Assembly: GCA_963746845.1 (NCBI GenBank) | Contig: CAVVCZ010000007.1 | Location: 60,488-124,487, forward strand | Origin: an uncultured Chloroflexia bacterium | GTDB taxonomy: Bacteria > Chloroflexota > Limnocylindria > Limnocylindrales > CSP1-4 | Direction of reading: 5' to 3' | Length of the DNA stretch: 64,000 nucleotides | Shown: in pieces, positions 57,210 through 64,000 of the stretch | Layout: each line of letters starts with the position of its first letter | How positions within the stretch are numbered: position 1 is the first letter of the stretch | Notes under the pieces: generated by a model | What the model was told of the DNA's origin: nothing | Seen by the model: the letters and a program-made list of their open reading frames with translations, nothing else | Database searches by the model: none | Made by a program: the position numbers and the translations under genes

Positions 57210-58639
57210 CGACCTTCAGCGTCGGCGTTCGGGGTCGCAGGGGCATCGCCGAGCGGTAACGGTATGGTCACGGGCAGGACGAGATCGAGCGCGAGGCCGC
57301 CGCTGTCGCGGTTGCGGGCATGGAGCACCCCGCCGATCAGGGCCGCGTGCTCCGCGGCGATCGCGAGGCCGAGGCCGCTCCCCCCGCGACGCGACGGATC
57401 GGCCATGTAGAACCGATCGAAGATCCGCTCCAGGCGGTCCGGCGGAACGCCAGGCCCACGGTCGGCGACGGTGATCTGGACGCGGTCGGCCGAGGCACGC
57501 ATCGCCACGACCACGAGGGCGCCGGGCGCGTGCTCGCGGGCGTTGTCGAGCAGGTTGCCGAGGATCCGCTCCAGACGCCGAGGATCGGTCTCGATCACGA
57601 CCCGTTCGTCCGGCAGCTCGAGGACAGCGTCCCGATGGCGGGCCCCGGCGGTGTCCCGGATCAGCCGGTTGAGGTCGACCGGCTGGCTGCGGACCTCCTC
57701 GCCGGCCGCGTCGAACCGCGACAGCTCCATCAGGTCCTCGACGAGCACCCGCATCCGTCCGACGTCCTGGACGACCAGCTCACCCGCTCGCCGCGCGTCC
57801 GGTGGCAGCGCGTCGAGGTGGTCCCGCAGGATCGAGACTTCCGCGACGAGCGCGGCGACCGGCGTCCGCAGCTCGTGGCTGACGTCGGCGACGAACCGGC
57901 GGTTCTGGGTCTGGGCGGACTCGAGCCGGACGATCGTCTCCTGGAGCGTGTCGACCATCTCGTTGAACTGCTGCGCCCAGACCCCGAACTCGTCGTCGGA
58001 GGTGAGCGGAACGCGCGCGGCGAGGTCACCGTGGGCGATCCGCTGCGCGGTCCGGGCGGCCTCGTCCACGGGCGCGAGCACGCCCCGGGCGACGACCCGC
58101 GACGCGACGAGGGCGATGATCACGAGGACGATCGTGCCGGCGGCGAGCGCATACCGGAGCTGGAGCAGCGTGTCCTCGATCGCGGTTTCGTCGCGGATGA
58201 ACCAGATGGCGGGACCCGTGCCGGACACGCGACCGCCGACGATGAGGCTCGACCGTCCGGTCACCGGCTGCCACGAATAGGCGATCTGGCCCTGGTCGAC
58301 GAGCGTCCGTACGTCGGCCGGGATCGTCTCGAGGGTGCCGCGCAGGGTCGCCGGACTGTAGAAGGCGTCGCCGCCCTGCGGGACGATGATCGTGTCGAGA
58401 CGGCGGCGCTGGAACGCGTCGGCGAGGTCCTGGACCTGGGCCCCGGTCGGCGGCTCGTCGAGCCGGCCCGGAGCGAGGATCGACAGGTCGAACGCGGCCT
58501 GATCGGCGGCCTCGTGGAGGGCCTGCTCGTGGAGGCGGCTGTCGACGAAGACGTAGGCCGCGACCCCGAGGACGACGGCGGTCAGGACGACGAGGGCGAC
58601 GATCGTGACCGTCAGCCGGCCGCGAACGCCGCTCAGCAT
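57206..58639 (-). CDS. mtrB: sensor histidine kinase MtrB-like (HAMP plus HisKA plus HATPase_c)
   Basis: Two TM, HAMP (FNEMVDTLQETIVRLE), H-box FVADVSHELRTPVAAL, G-boxes (ADRGPGVPPDRLERIFDRFY...GGSGLGLAIA). Confidence 0.85.
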   Translation of the reverse strand: MLSGVRGRLTVTIVALVVLTAVVLGVAAYVFVDSRLHEQALHEAADQAAFDLSILAPGRLDEPPTGAQVQDLADAFQRRRLDTIIVPQGGDAFYSPATLRGTLETIPADVRTLVDQGQIAYSWQPVTGRSSLIVGGRVSGTGPAIWFIRDETAIEDTLLQLRYALAAGTIVLVIIALVASRVVARGVLAPVDEAARTAQRIAHGDLAARVPLTSDDEFGVWAQQFNEMVDTLQETIVRLESAQTQNRRFVADVSHELRTPVAALVAEVSILRDHLDALPPDARRAGELVVQDVGRMRVLVEDLMELSRFDAAGEEVRSQPVDLNRLIRDTAGARHRDAVLELPDERVVIETDPRRLERILGNLLDNAREHAPGALVVVAMRASADRVQITVADRGPGVPPDRLERIFDRFYMADPSRRGGSGLGLAIAAEHAALIGGVLHARNRDSGGLALDLVLPVTIPLPLGDAPATPNADAEGR

Positions 58640-58667
58640 CCGGCTCGTCGATCGTCCGGCGGCCGGG

Positions 58668-59357
58668 TCACCGGACGGCCTTGTAGCCGGCGCCTCGGAC
58701 CGTCTGGATCAGCTCCGGCGTGGCCGGGTCCGCCTCGACCTTCGAGCGGAGGCGCTGGATCGCGACGTCGACGAGCCGGGAGTCGCCGAGATAGTCGTAG
58801 CCCCAGACCCGATCGAGCAGGACGTCTCGCGTCAGCACCTGGCCGGCATGCCGGACGAGCTCGAGGAGGAGGTCGAACTCCGTGCGGGTCAGCGGGACGT
58901 CGGCGCCGTCCCGGGTGACGGTCCGGCCCGCGACGTCGATCGCGAGCGGGCCGAGCCGCAGGGCCGCCGGCTCGTCCACGCCCGAGCCGGCACGCCGCAG
59001 GGCGGCGCGAAGCCTGGCAATCAGCTCCGGCAGGTCGAACGGCTTGCGGACGTAGTCGTCGGCGCCGGCCTCGAGCCCGACCACGACGTCCATGGTGTCG
59101 GCGCGGGCGGTGAGCATGACGATCGGGATCGTCGAGACCTTCCGGATCTGGCGGCAGACCTCGTAGCCGTCGAGCCGCGGCAGCATGATGTCGAGGAGGA
59201 CGAGGTCGAACGGCCCGGCCCGGAAGCGCTCCAGGCCCTCGACGCCATCGGCGGCGGTGACGACCTCGAAGCCCGCGGCGCCCAGCCCGATCGCCGTCAC
59301 CTCGCGGATCGACGGGTCATCCTCGACGAGCAGGATGCGAGCGTCGGGGGGTGGCAT
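58668..59357 (-). CDS. mtrA: OmpR-family response regulator MtrA-like
   Basis: Receiver domain (ARILLVEDDPSIRE...LVLLDIMLPRLDG) plus winged-helix output (GAGYKAVR C-terminus). ATG at 59355-59357 inside a longer tracked ORF. Confidence 0.85.
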   Translation of the reverse strand: MPPPDARILLVEDDPSIREVTAIGLGAAGFEVVTAADGVEGLERFRAGPFDLVLLDIMLPRLDGYEVCRQIRKVSTIPIVMLTARADTMDVVVGLEAGADDYVRKPFDLPELIARLRAALRRAGSGVDEPAALRLGPLAIDVAGRTVTRDGADVPLTRTEFDLLLELVRHAGQVLTRDVLLDRVWGYDYLGDSRLVDVAIQRLRSKVEADPATPELIQTVRGAGYKAVR

Positions 59358-59505
59358 CCGGACGTCCACCACGGCGTGCGCTGCCTCCGGTCGTGACGGC
59401 CGGCCGGTCGGCCGGGCTCGGCCGCAGGATACCGCCGGGCCGACACGCGATGAACAGGGCGCGGAGCCGGATCGGGTCACCGTTGTGTCGCAACGTCCCA
59501 TCTCC

Positions 59506-59545
59506 CACTAGGCTATTGACATTAGCCTTCAAGGCTATACCATGT
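59506..59545 (+). promoter_or_regulatory. Putative promoter plus palindromic operator (AGGCTA-N7-TAGCCT overlapping a TTGACA -35 box; second AAGGCTATA copy at the -10 region) upstream of the DUF4260-tetR operon
   Basis: AT-richer island ...CTAGGCTATTGACATTAGCCTTCAAGGCTATACCATG... about 35-70 bp upstream of the ATG at 59579. Inverted repeat arms aggcta/tagcct seen directly. Confidence 0.45.
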
Positions 59546-59578
59546 AGCCATCATCCCTGGTTGCACGAGGAACACGCC

Positions 59579-60025
59579 ATGACCACGCCCACAAGCACCT
59601 TCCAGAACTCCGCCGTCGGCACGACGACGGCTCCCCTCCCCGCGGCCGGCATGACGTACGGGGCCGTCCGCACCTGGCTGCGGCTCGAGGGCGTCGCGGC
59701 GTTCTTCTCCGGACTCGCCCTGTTCGCCCTGACGGGCGGGAACCCCCTCTTCGTGATCCCGCTCCTGCTCGTCCCGGACATCTCGGCCGTCGGGTATCTC
59801 GGCGGACCACGGATCGGAGCCTTCACCTACAACCTGGTCCACAACTGGTCGTCGGGCCTGTTGGTGCTCGGACTCGCGGTCGCGGCCGGATCGCCGGGCC
59901 TCCAGCTCGCGGCCGCGATCCTGATCGCCCACGTCGGCATGGACCGAGCGGTCGGCTATGGACTGAAGCTACCGACCTCGTTCCAGGACACGCATCTCGG
60001 GCGCATGGGACGATCGAAGGCGTGA
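59579..60025 (+). CDS. DUF4260-family membrane protein
   Basis: 148 aa, 4 TM; sequence pattern (...WLRLEGVAAFFSGLALFAL..., ...AHVGMDRAVGYGLK) matches DUF4260. Confidence 0.55.
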   Translation: MTTPTSTFQNSAVGTTTAPLPAAGMTYGAVRTWLRLEGVAAFFSGLALFALTGGNPLFVIPLLLVPDISAVGYLGGPRIGAFTYNLVHNWSSGLLVLGLAVAAGSPGLQLAAAILIAHVGMDRAVGYGLKLPTSFQDTHLGRMGRSKA

Positions 60026-60612
60026 GCCCAGCCCGAGCCCGGACCTCGCTGCCCGAGATCGTCGCCGCCGCGCGAGACCTGCTCGAAGCCGACGGCCCCG
60101 AGGCCGTCACGATGCTCGTTGTCGGGGAGCGGGTCGGCGTGCGGGGTCCGTCCCTCTACAAGTGGATCCCGAGTCGCGGAGCGCTGCTGGCCGAGATCGG
60201 CGCCGCGACGCTGGACGACCTCGCGCGGGAGATCGACCCACTGAGCCGCAATCCGGATCCCGCAGCCGGGCTCCGCGCGATCGCCACCGCGTACCGGGCA
60301 TTCGCCCACGCCCATCCCCGGTCGTACGAACTGCTGTTCCTGAACCAGCCGACCGGCGCTCGACCACCAGTCGAGCGCTTCGCGATCGCCGCCGACCCGG
60401 TCATCGCACTGGCGGCGCAGCTCGTCGGGACCGAACGCGCCCTCGAGGCCGCGCGCCTGATCACGGCGTTCGCACACGGGTTCGTCTCGATGGAGCTCAC
60501 CGGGGCGTTCCGACTGGGTGGCGATGTCGACCGGGCATACGACTACGGCGTCAGCGTCCTGGTCGAAGCCCTCGTGAGAGAAGGTTCGAGCGGTCGACCG
60601 TCATCCGGCTGA
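60022..60612 (+). CDS. TetR/AcrR-family transcriptional regulator
   Basis: N-terminal TetR HTH (LPEIVAAARDLLEADGPEAVTMLVVGERVGVRGPSLYKWIPSRGALL). Start overlaps the DUF4260 stop (ATGA). Confidence 0.8.
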   Translation: MSPARARTSLPEIVAAARDLLEADGPEAVTMLVVGERVGVRGPSLYKWIPSRGALLAEIGAATLDDLAREIDPLSRNPDPAAGLRAIATAYRAFAHAHPRSYELLFLNQPTGARPPVERFAIAADPVIALAAQLVGTERALEAARLITAFAHGFVSMELTGAFRLGGDVDRAYDYGVSVLVEALVREGSSGRPSSG

Positions 60613-60627
60613 TCGCGACGACGCGCG

Positions 60628-62253
60628 TCAGTCGCGGCGCTCCGCACGGGCGAGTCGCTCGCCGGGAAGCGCCTGGACGCCTCGTGGACCCGCGTCCGAG
60701 GGGCGGCCCTGGCCGGAGCCGGGATTGCCGCCCGGGCCACGGCCGCGGTCGTCGCGCGGGCGGTCGCGGCGGACGCGCGGATCGCCGTAGCGGTCCGTCC
60801 GCTCGCCGCCGCCGGCCCAGCCCGAGCGGGCTCCCGCGCCGTTGCCGATCCCCACCCCGACCGGAGCCGGACGACGAGGCCCGCTCCGGCCCGGTCGCGG
60901 GCCGTGATTGGCGGGGATGGGGGTGCGATCGCGATGGGCGCCCGGGCCGCCGCGAAACGCGGACGGGATCGGTCGCGACCCGACGCCGCGCGCCGGACTC
61001 GCGAAGCGCTGGCCGCCCGAGCGCTGGCGGATCGGCTCGGGGCGGATCGACCGGTCAGGCTCGAAGCCGGCGATCACCTCGGTCGGGATCGGGTGGCCGA
61101 GCAGCCTCTCGATCTCGCGAAGGAGCGGCGCCTCGTCGACGCAGACGAGCGAGATCGCGTCGCCGGTGGCGCCGGCGCGGCCCGTCCGTCCGATCCGGTG
61201 GACGTAGTCCTCGGCGACCATCGGCAGCTCGTAGTTCACGACGTGGGGCAGGTCCTCGATGTCGAGCCCGCGCGACGCGACCTCCGTCGCGACGAGGATG
61301 TTCGCCCGGCCGGCCTTGAAGTCGTCGAGGGCCCGGACCCGCTGGCCCTGGCTCTTGTTGCCGTGGATCGCGGCGGCCTTGATCCCGTCGCGACCGAGCT
61401 GCTCGGCCAGGCGGTTCGCACCGTGCTTCGTTCGCGTGAACACGAGCGCCTGCTCGATCCGGCCGCTCCGGATCAGCGTGCTGAGGAGATCCCGCTTGCG
61501 CTCACGATCGACCGGGAAGACGACCTGGGTGACGAGCTCGACCGCGGAGTTGCGCGGGGTGACTTGGACGGTCGCCGGGTCGCGCAGGATGCCGCCGGCG
61601 AGCTGCCGGATCTCGTTGGAGAACGTCGCGCTGAACAGCAGGTTCTGCCGGTCGACCGGGAGCAGCGCGATGACCTTGCGGATGTCGCGGATGAAGCCCA
61701 TGTCGAGCATCCGGTCGGCCTCGTCGAGGACGAGGATCTCGAGCCGGGACAGGTCGATGTGGCCCTGGGTGATGTGGTCGAGCAGCCGGCCGGGCGTGGC
61801 GACGACAATCCCAGGACCGGCCCGCAGTGCCCGGTTCTGGGGCTCGTAGCCGACGCCGCCATAGATCGCGACGGACCGGATCCGGCGATGGGCGCCGTAG
61901 GTCCGGACGCTCTCCTCGATCTGGAGGCAGAGCTCGCGGGTCGGGGTGAGGATCAGGGCGCGGACCGGCGAGTGGGCGGAGCGGCGCGGATCACGCTGGT
62001 CGCGTTGGTCGCGGCCGGGCTCCGTGGCGCCATTGGACTTCCAGCCCGGCGTTCGCTCGGCATTGAGGAGCTGGAGCATCGGCAGGACGAACGCGGCGGT
62101 CTTGCCGGTGCCGGTCTGGGCGCCGGCGAGAATGTCGCGACCGGCGAGCACCAGGGGGATGGCTTCGCGCTGGACGGGGGTGGGCTCGGTGTAGCCCTGG
62201 TCCGCGACGGCGCGGAGCAACTCGGGCGTCAGCCCGAGATCAACGAAGGACAT
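60628..62253 (-). CDS. DEAD-box ATP-dependent RNA helicase with C-terminal Arg/Gly-rich tail
   Basis: Q-motif, motif I AQTGTGKT, motif II DEAD ([13 protein letters not shown]), [16 protein letters not shown] at 62251-62253 inside a longer tracked ORF. About 541 aa. Confidence 0.85.
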   Translation of the reverse strand: MSFVDLGLTPELLRAVADQGYTEPTPVQREAIPLVLAGRDILAGAQTGTGKTAAFVLPMLQLLNAERTPGWKSNGATEPGRDQRDQRDPRRSAHSPVRALILTPTRELCLQIEESVRTYGAHRRIRSVAIYGGVGYEPQNRALRAGPGIVVATPGRLLDHITQGHIDLSRLEILVLDEADRMLDMGFIRDIRKVIALLPVDRQNLLFSATFSNEIRQLAGGILRDPATVQVTPRNSAVELVTQVVFPVDRERKRDLLSTLIRSGRIEQALVFTRTKHGANRLAEQLGRDGIKAAAIHGNKSQGQRVRALDDFKAGRANILVATEVASRGLDIEDLPHVVNYELPMVAEDYVHRIGRTGRAGATGDAISLVCVDEAPLLREIERLLGHPIPTEVIAGFEPDRSIRPEPIRQRSGGQRFASPARGVGSRPIPSAFRGGPGAHRDRTPIPANHGPRPGRSGPRRPAPVGVGIGNGAGARSGWAGGGERTDRYGDPRVRRDRPRDDRGRGPGGNPGSGQGRPSDAGPRGVQALPGERLARAERRD

Positions 62254-62421
62254 GGGAGACGGAACTCCTGACGGGGCCCTCCCGCACGCTTGCGGGGCCC
62301 GGTCAGGGCACGAGTGGATCGGGTCGTCGGTTTCAGGGACCGGGGCGCTGACCGGAGCGCCCATCGAACACGAGAGACCCATCCTATCCGATGCGGAGGG
62401 GTTTCGTCGCCACGCGTGTCG

Positions 62422-63501
62422 TTATCGGCGCGGGTGCGTGTCGGCCCGGATGCCCGCACGCGGCTCGGCGGCAACGTGGAGTGCGGCCCGCCACGGCCCC
62501 ACGAGTGTCTCGAACTGGGCGGGCGCGAATGCGTGCCGGAGGACGATCGCGTGGATCGCGCGATCAAGCGACCGCCGCGCGGCCGGCGGGATCGGACCAG
62601 GGAGCGCGGCGGTGGCGTCACGCCGGGCGAGCTCCGAGGACACGCGGAGCGCATCGTTCTCGTCGGGTCGGAGGCCGGGTGGCCACGGCGGTCCGCCGCG
62701 TCCGGCCGGGGTCGCTGCCGCGAGCATCCCGATCCGGCGGAGCTCGTCCGGGGCGAGGCGGGGGAGCGCCTGGATGGCGGCCGCGACGGCCTGGCCGTTC
62801 GGACCGTAGCGGGGCTGGTCCACGGCCGCCATCCAGCCGCGGGTCAGGCGCTCCTGGACGCGCTCGCGGAAGTCGCCGGAGAGATGCTCGTCGAGGAATG
62901 CCGCGAGCACGATCTCCTGGCCGTACCCGACGGCGGAATCCCGGACACCCGGGTTCCAGCGGACCGCCCGGGGCAGCCGCTCGTGGACCCGCCGTTCGAC
63001 GGACTCGAGTGATGCGAGGAGCTCCGGCGAGAGGAACCGGGCAATGGACGCGACGAAGGCGATCGGCGGCGTCTCGGCGAGGGTCAGGCGGTCGATCTCG
63101 TCGGGCGTGAGCCGCTCGATCCGATCGAGGTGACGGGCAAGGGCCTCCTCGGCGTCGACCGGCCGGCGACGATGGACACGCGCCGGGGATGGCCGCGGCC
63201 GCCCGTCGGTCGGTGGGTGCCAGCCGCCCTGGCCGCGCGGACCCGAGCGCGAGGGCCGGGCCGGTCGCGCGCGTCGCTCGCGGTCGTAGCGAGCGCGGAG
63301 CTCCGGGTCCGACAGCCAGTCGTGGGCGACATTGATCCGCTTCGCCCGCTCGTCGGCATCGGCGCCACCGCCCGCGACGTCCGGGTGGTGGCGCTTGAGC
63401 AGGGCCCGCCAGGCGACCTCGACCGCCTCGAACGACGCGTCGGCGGGCAGCTCGAGGCGCGCGTACAGATCGTCGGTGGGAAGGAGCGGACGGGCGGGCA
63501 T
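62422..63501 (-). CDS. J-domain (DnaJ-like) protein with uncharacterised C-terminal region
   Basis: N-terminal J domain with HPD motif (DLYARLELPADASFEAVEVAWRALLKRHHPDVAGG...RAKRINVAHDWLSDPELRARYD), followed by about 270 aa without a recognisable family. ATG at 63499-63501. Confidence 0.65.
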   Translation of the reverse strand: MPARPLLPTDDLYARLELPADASFEAVEVAWRALLKRHHPDVAGGGADADERAKRINVAHDWLSDPELRARYDRERRARPARPSRSGPRGQGGWHPPTDGRPRPSPARVHRRRPVDAEEALARHLDRIERLTPDEIDRLTLAETPPIAFVASIARFLSPELLASLESVERRVHERLPRAVRWNPGVRDSAVGYGQEIVLAAFLDEHLSGDFRERVQERLTRGWMAAVDQPRYGPNGQAVAAAIQALPRLAPDELRRIGMLAAATPAGRGGPPWPPGLRPDENDALRVSSELARRDATAALPGPIPPAARRSLDRAIHAIVLRHAFAPAQFETLVGPWRAALHVAAEPRAGIRADTHPRR

Positions 63502-63530
63502 CGCCGGCCCATCGTATCGGCCGGTCGCGC

Positions 63531-64000
63531 CTACGAGCCGCGGATCAGCGCCTCGACGTCCTCGATCGAGCGGGTGGAGCGCTCCCCGGTCGCCCGGTTC
63601 GTGACCTCGACCCCGCCGGCCGCGAGCGAGCGGGGCGACACCGTCAGGATCCACGGCATCCCGAGCAGCTCGGCGTCGGTGAACTTCACGCCGGGCGACT
63701 CGTCCCGGTCGTCGTACAGGATGTCGCGCCAGTGTCCAGCGCCCTGGGCGACGTCGTGCAGGCGCTCGGCGACCTCCGTGACCCGCGGCTCCTTCGCCGC
63801 GCCGATCGCCACGAGATGGGCGGCATACGGCGCGACCTCCTCGGGCCAGACGATCCCCTTCTCGTCGTGGTTGGCCTCGACGACGCAGGCGACGTTCCGG
63901 CCGACCCCGATCCCGTACGAGCCCATGATGATCGGGTGCTCGGCGCCGTCCTCGCCCAGGTACGTCGCGCCGAATGCGTCGGTGTACTTCGTGCCGAGCT
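63531..64000 (-). CDS. proS: prolyl-tRNA synthetase, C-terminal (anticodon-binding) part; gene continues beyond the window end
   Basis: MGSYGIGVGRNVACVVEANHDEKGIVWPEEVAPY...ILYDDRDESPGVKFTDAELLGMPWILTVSPRSLAAGGVEVTNRATGE, matching the class II ProRS C-terminal domain. The frame is open to position 64000. Confidence 0.7.
   Translation of the reverse strand, partial: LGTKYTDAFGATYLGEDGAEHPIIMGSYGIGVGRNVACVVEANHDEKGIVWPEEVAPYAAHLVAIGAAKEPRVTEVAERLHDVAQGAGHWRDILYDDRDESPGVKFTDAELLGMPWILTVSPRSLAAGGVEVTNRATGERSTRSIEDVEALIRGS

Noticed and set aside
1-64000. Search for tRNA/rRNA/CRISPR/mobile elements
   Set aside because: Nothing found. No regularly spaced direct repeats, no transposase/integrase/recombinase-like translations, and no cloverleaf-compatible tRNA-like segments in the few intergenic regions over 150 bp. 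This was visual inspection only, so small ncRNAs cannot be ruled out.

Overview
This 64 kb window is a very high-GC (~70%+) stretch of chromosome from an actinobacterial-type genome. It is densely coding on both strands, with short intergenic gaps and many overlapping start/stop codons (ATGA/GTGA), which suggests translationally coupled operons. I saw no rRNA, tRNA, CRISPR array, transposase or integrase.

Gene content, in order along the window:
- a 5'-truncated NAD-dependent epimerase
- adenosine deaminase, divergent from a large ATP-binding LuxR (LAL) regulator
- argininosuccinate lyase, plus a small DUF4242 gene downstream and an EamA transporter divergent from it
- a minus-strand gene string: GbsR/MarR-like regulator, ABC-2 exporter (ATPase and permease), DMT transporter, alpha-galactosidase, galK, galT
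- an iron-uptake locus: efeU divergent from efeO, then a Tat-dependent Dyp peroxidase (efeB, frameshifted), then an aldehyde dehydrogenase with N-terminal frame breaks, then a truncated ALDH paralog
- a PfkB kinase
- a tightly coupled plus-strand operon: SAM methyltransferase, geranylgeranyl-reductase-like FAD oxidoreductase, NUDIX hydrolase, SRPBCC cyclase/dehydrase fold protein, KAS-II-like ketosynthase, with a DUF2461 protein following after a 48-bp gap
- an MFS exporter, a two-domain GNAT acetyltransferase, deoC, and an S9 peptidase
- an ATP-dependent DNA ligase-like protein that lacks the catalytic lysine
- a second ABC-2 operon
- DUF971, YbjQ and a small membrane protein upstream of ppk1
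- a phosphate/polyphosphate neighbourhood: ppk1, a CYTH-CHAD protein, ppx; then a pstSCAB operon riddled with frame breaks behind a PHO-box-like promoter; then an intact phoU, two tandem LMW-PTP-type ArsC homologues (the first with Ser in place of the nucleophilic Cys), and sixA; then a glycerophosphodiester phosphodiesterase whose frame runs on into a broken DAO-type FAD oxidoreductase; then an EEP-family protein
- an orphan PAS histidine kinase, then the conserved mtrA-mtrB-lpqB-like cassette (with a short lipoprotein)
- DUF4260 plus a TetR regulator behind a palindromic operator/promoter
- a DEAD-box helicase, a J-domain protein, and the 3' end of proS

The most noteworthy points are the non-random clustering of frameshifts (especially the pst operon), the candidate lipid/quinone-tailoring operon, the ligase-like and ArsC-like catalytic-residue variants, the ALDH genes attached to the iron-uptake operon, and the GDPD-to-DAO read-through.
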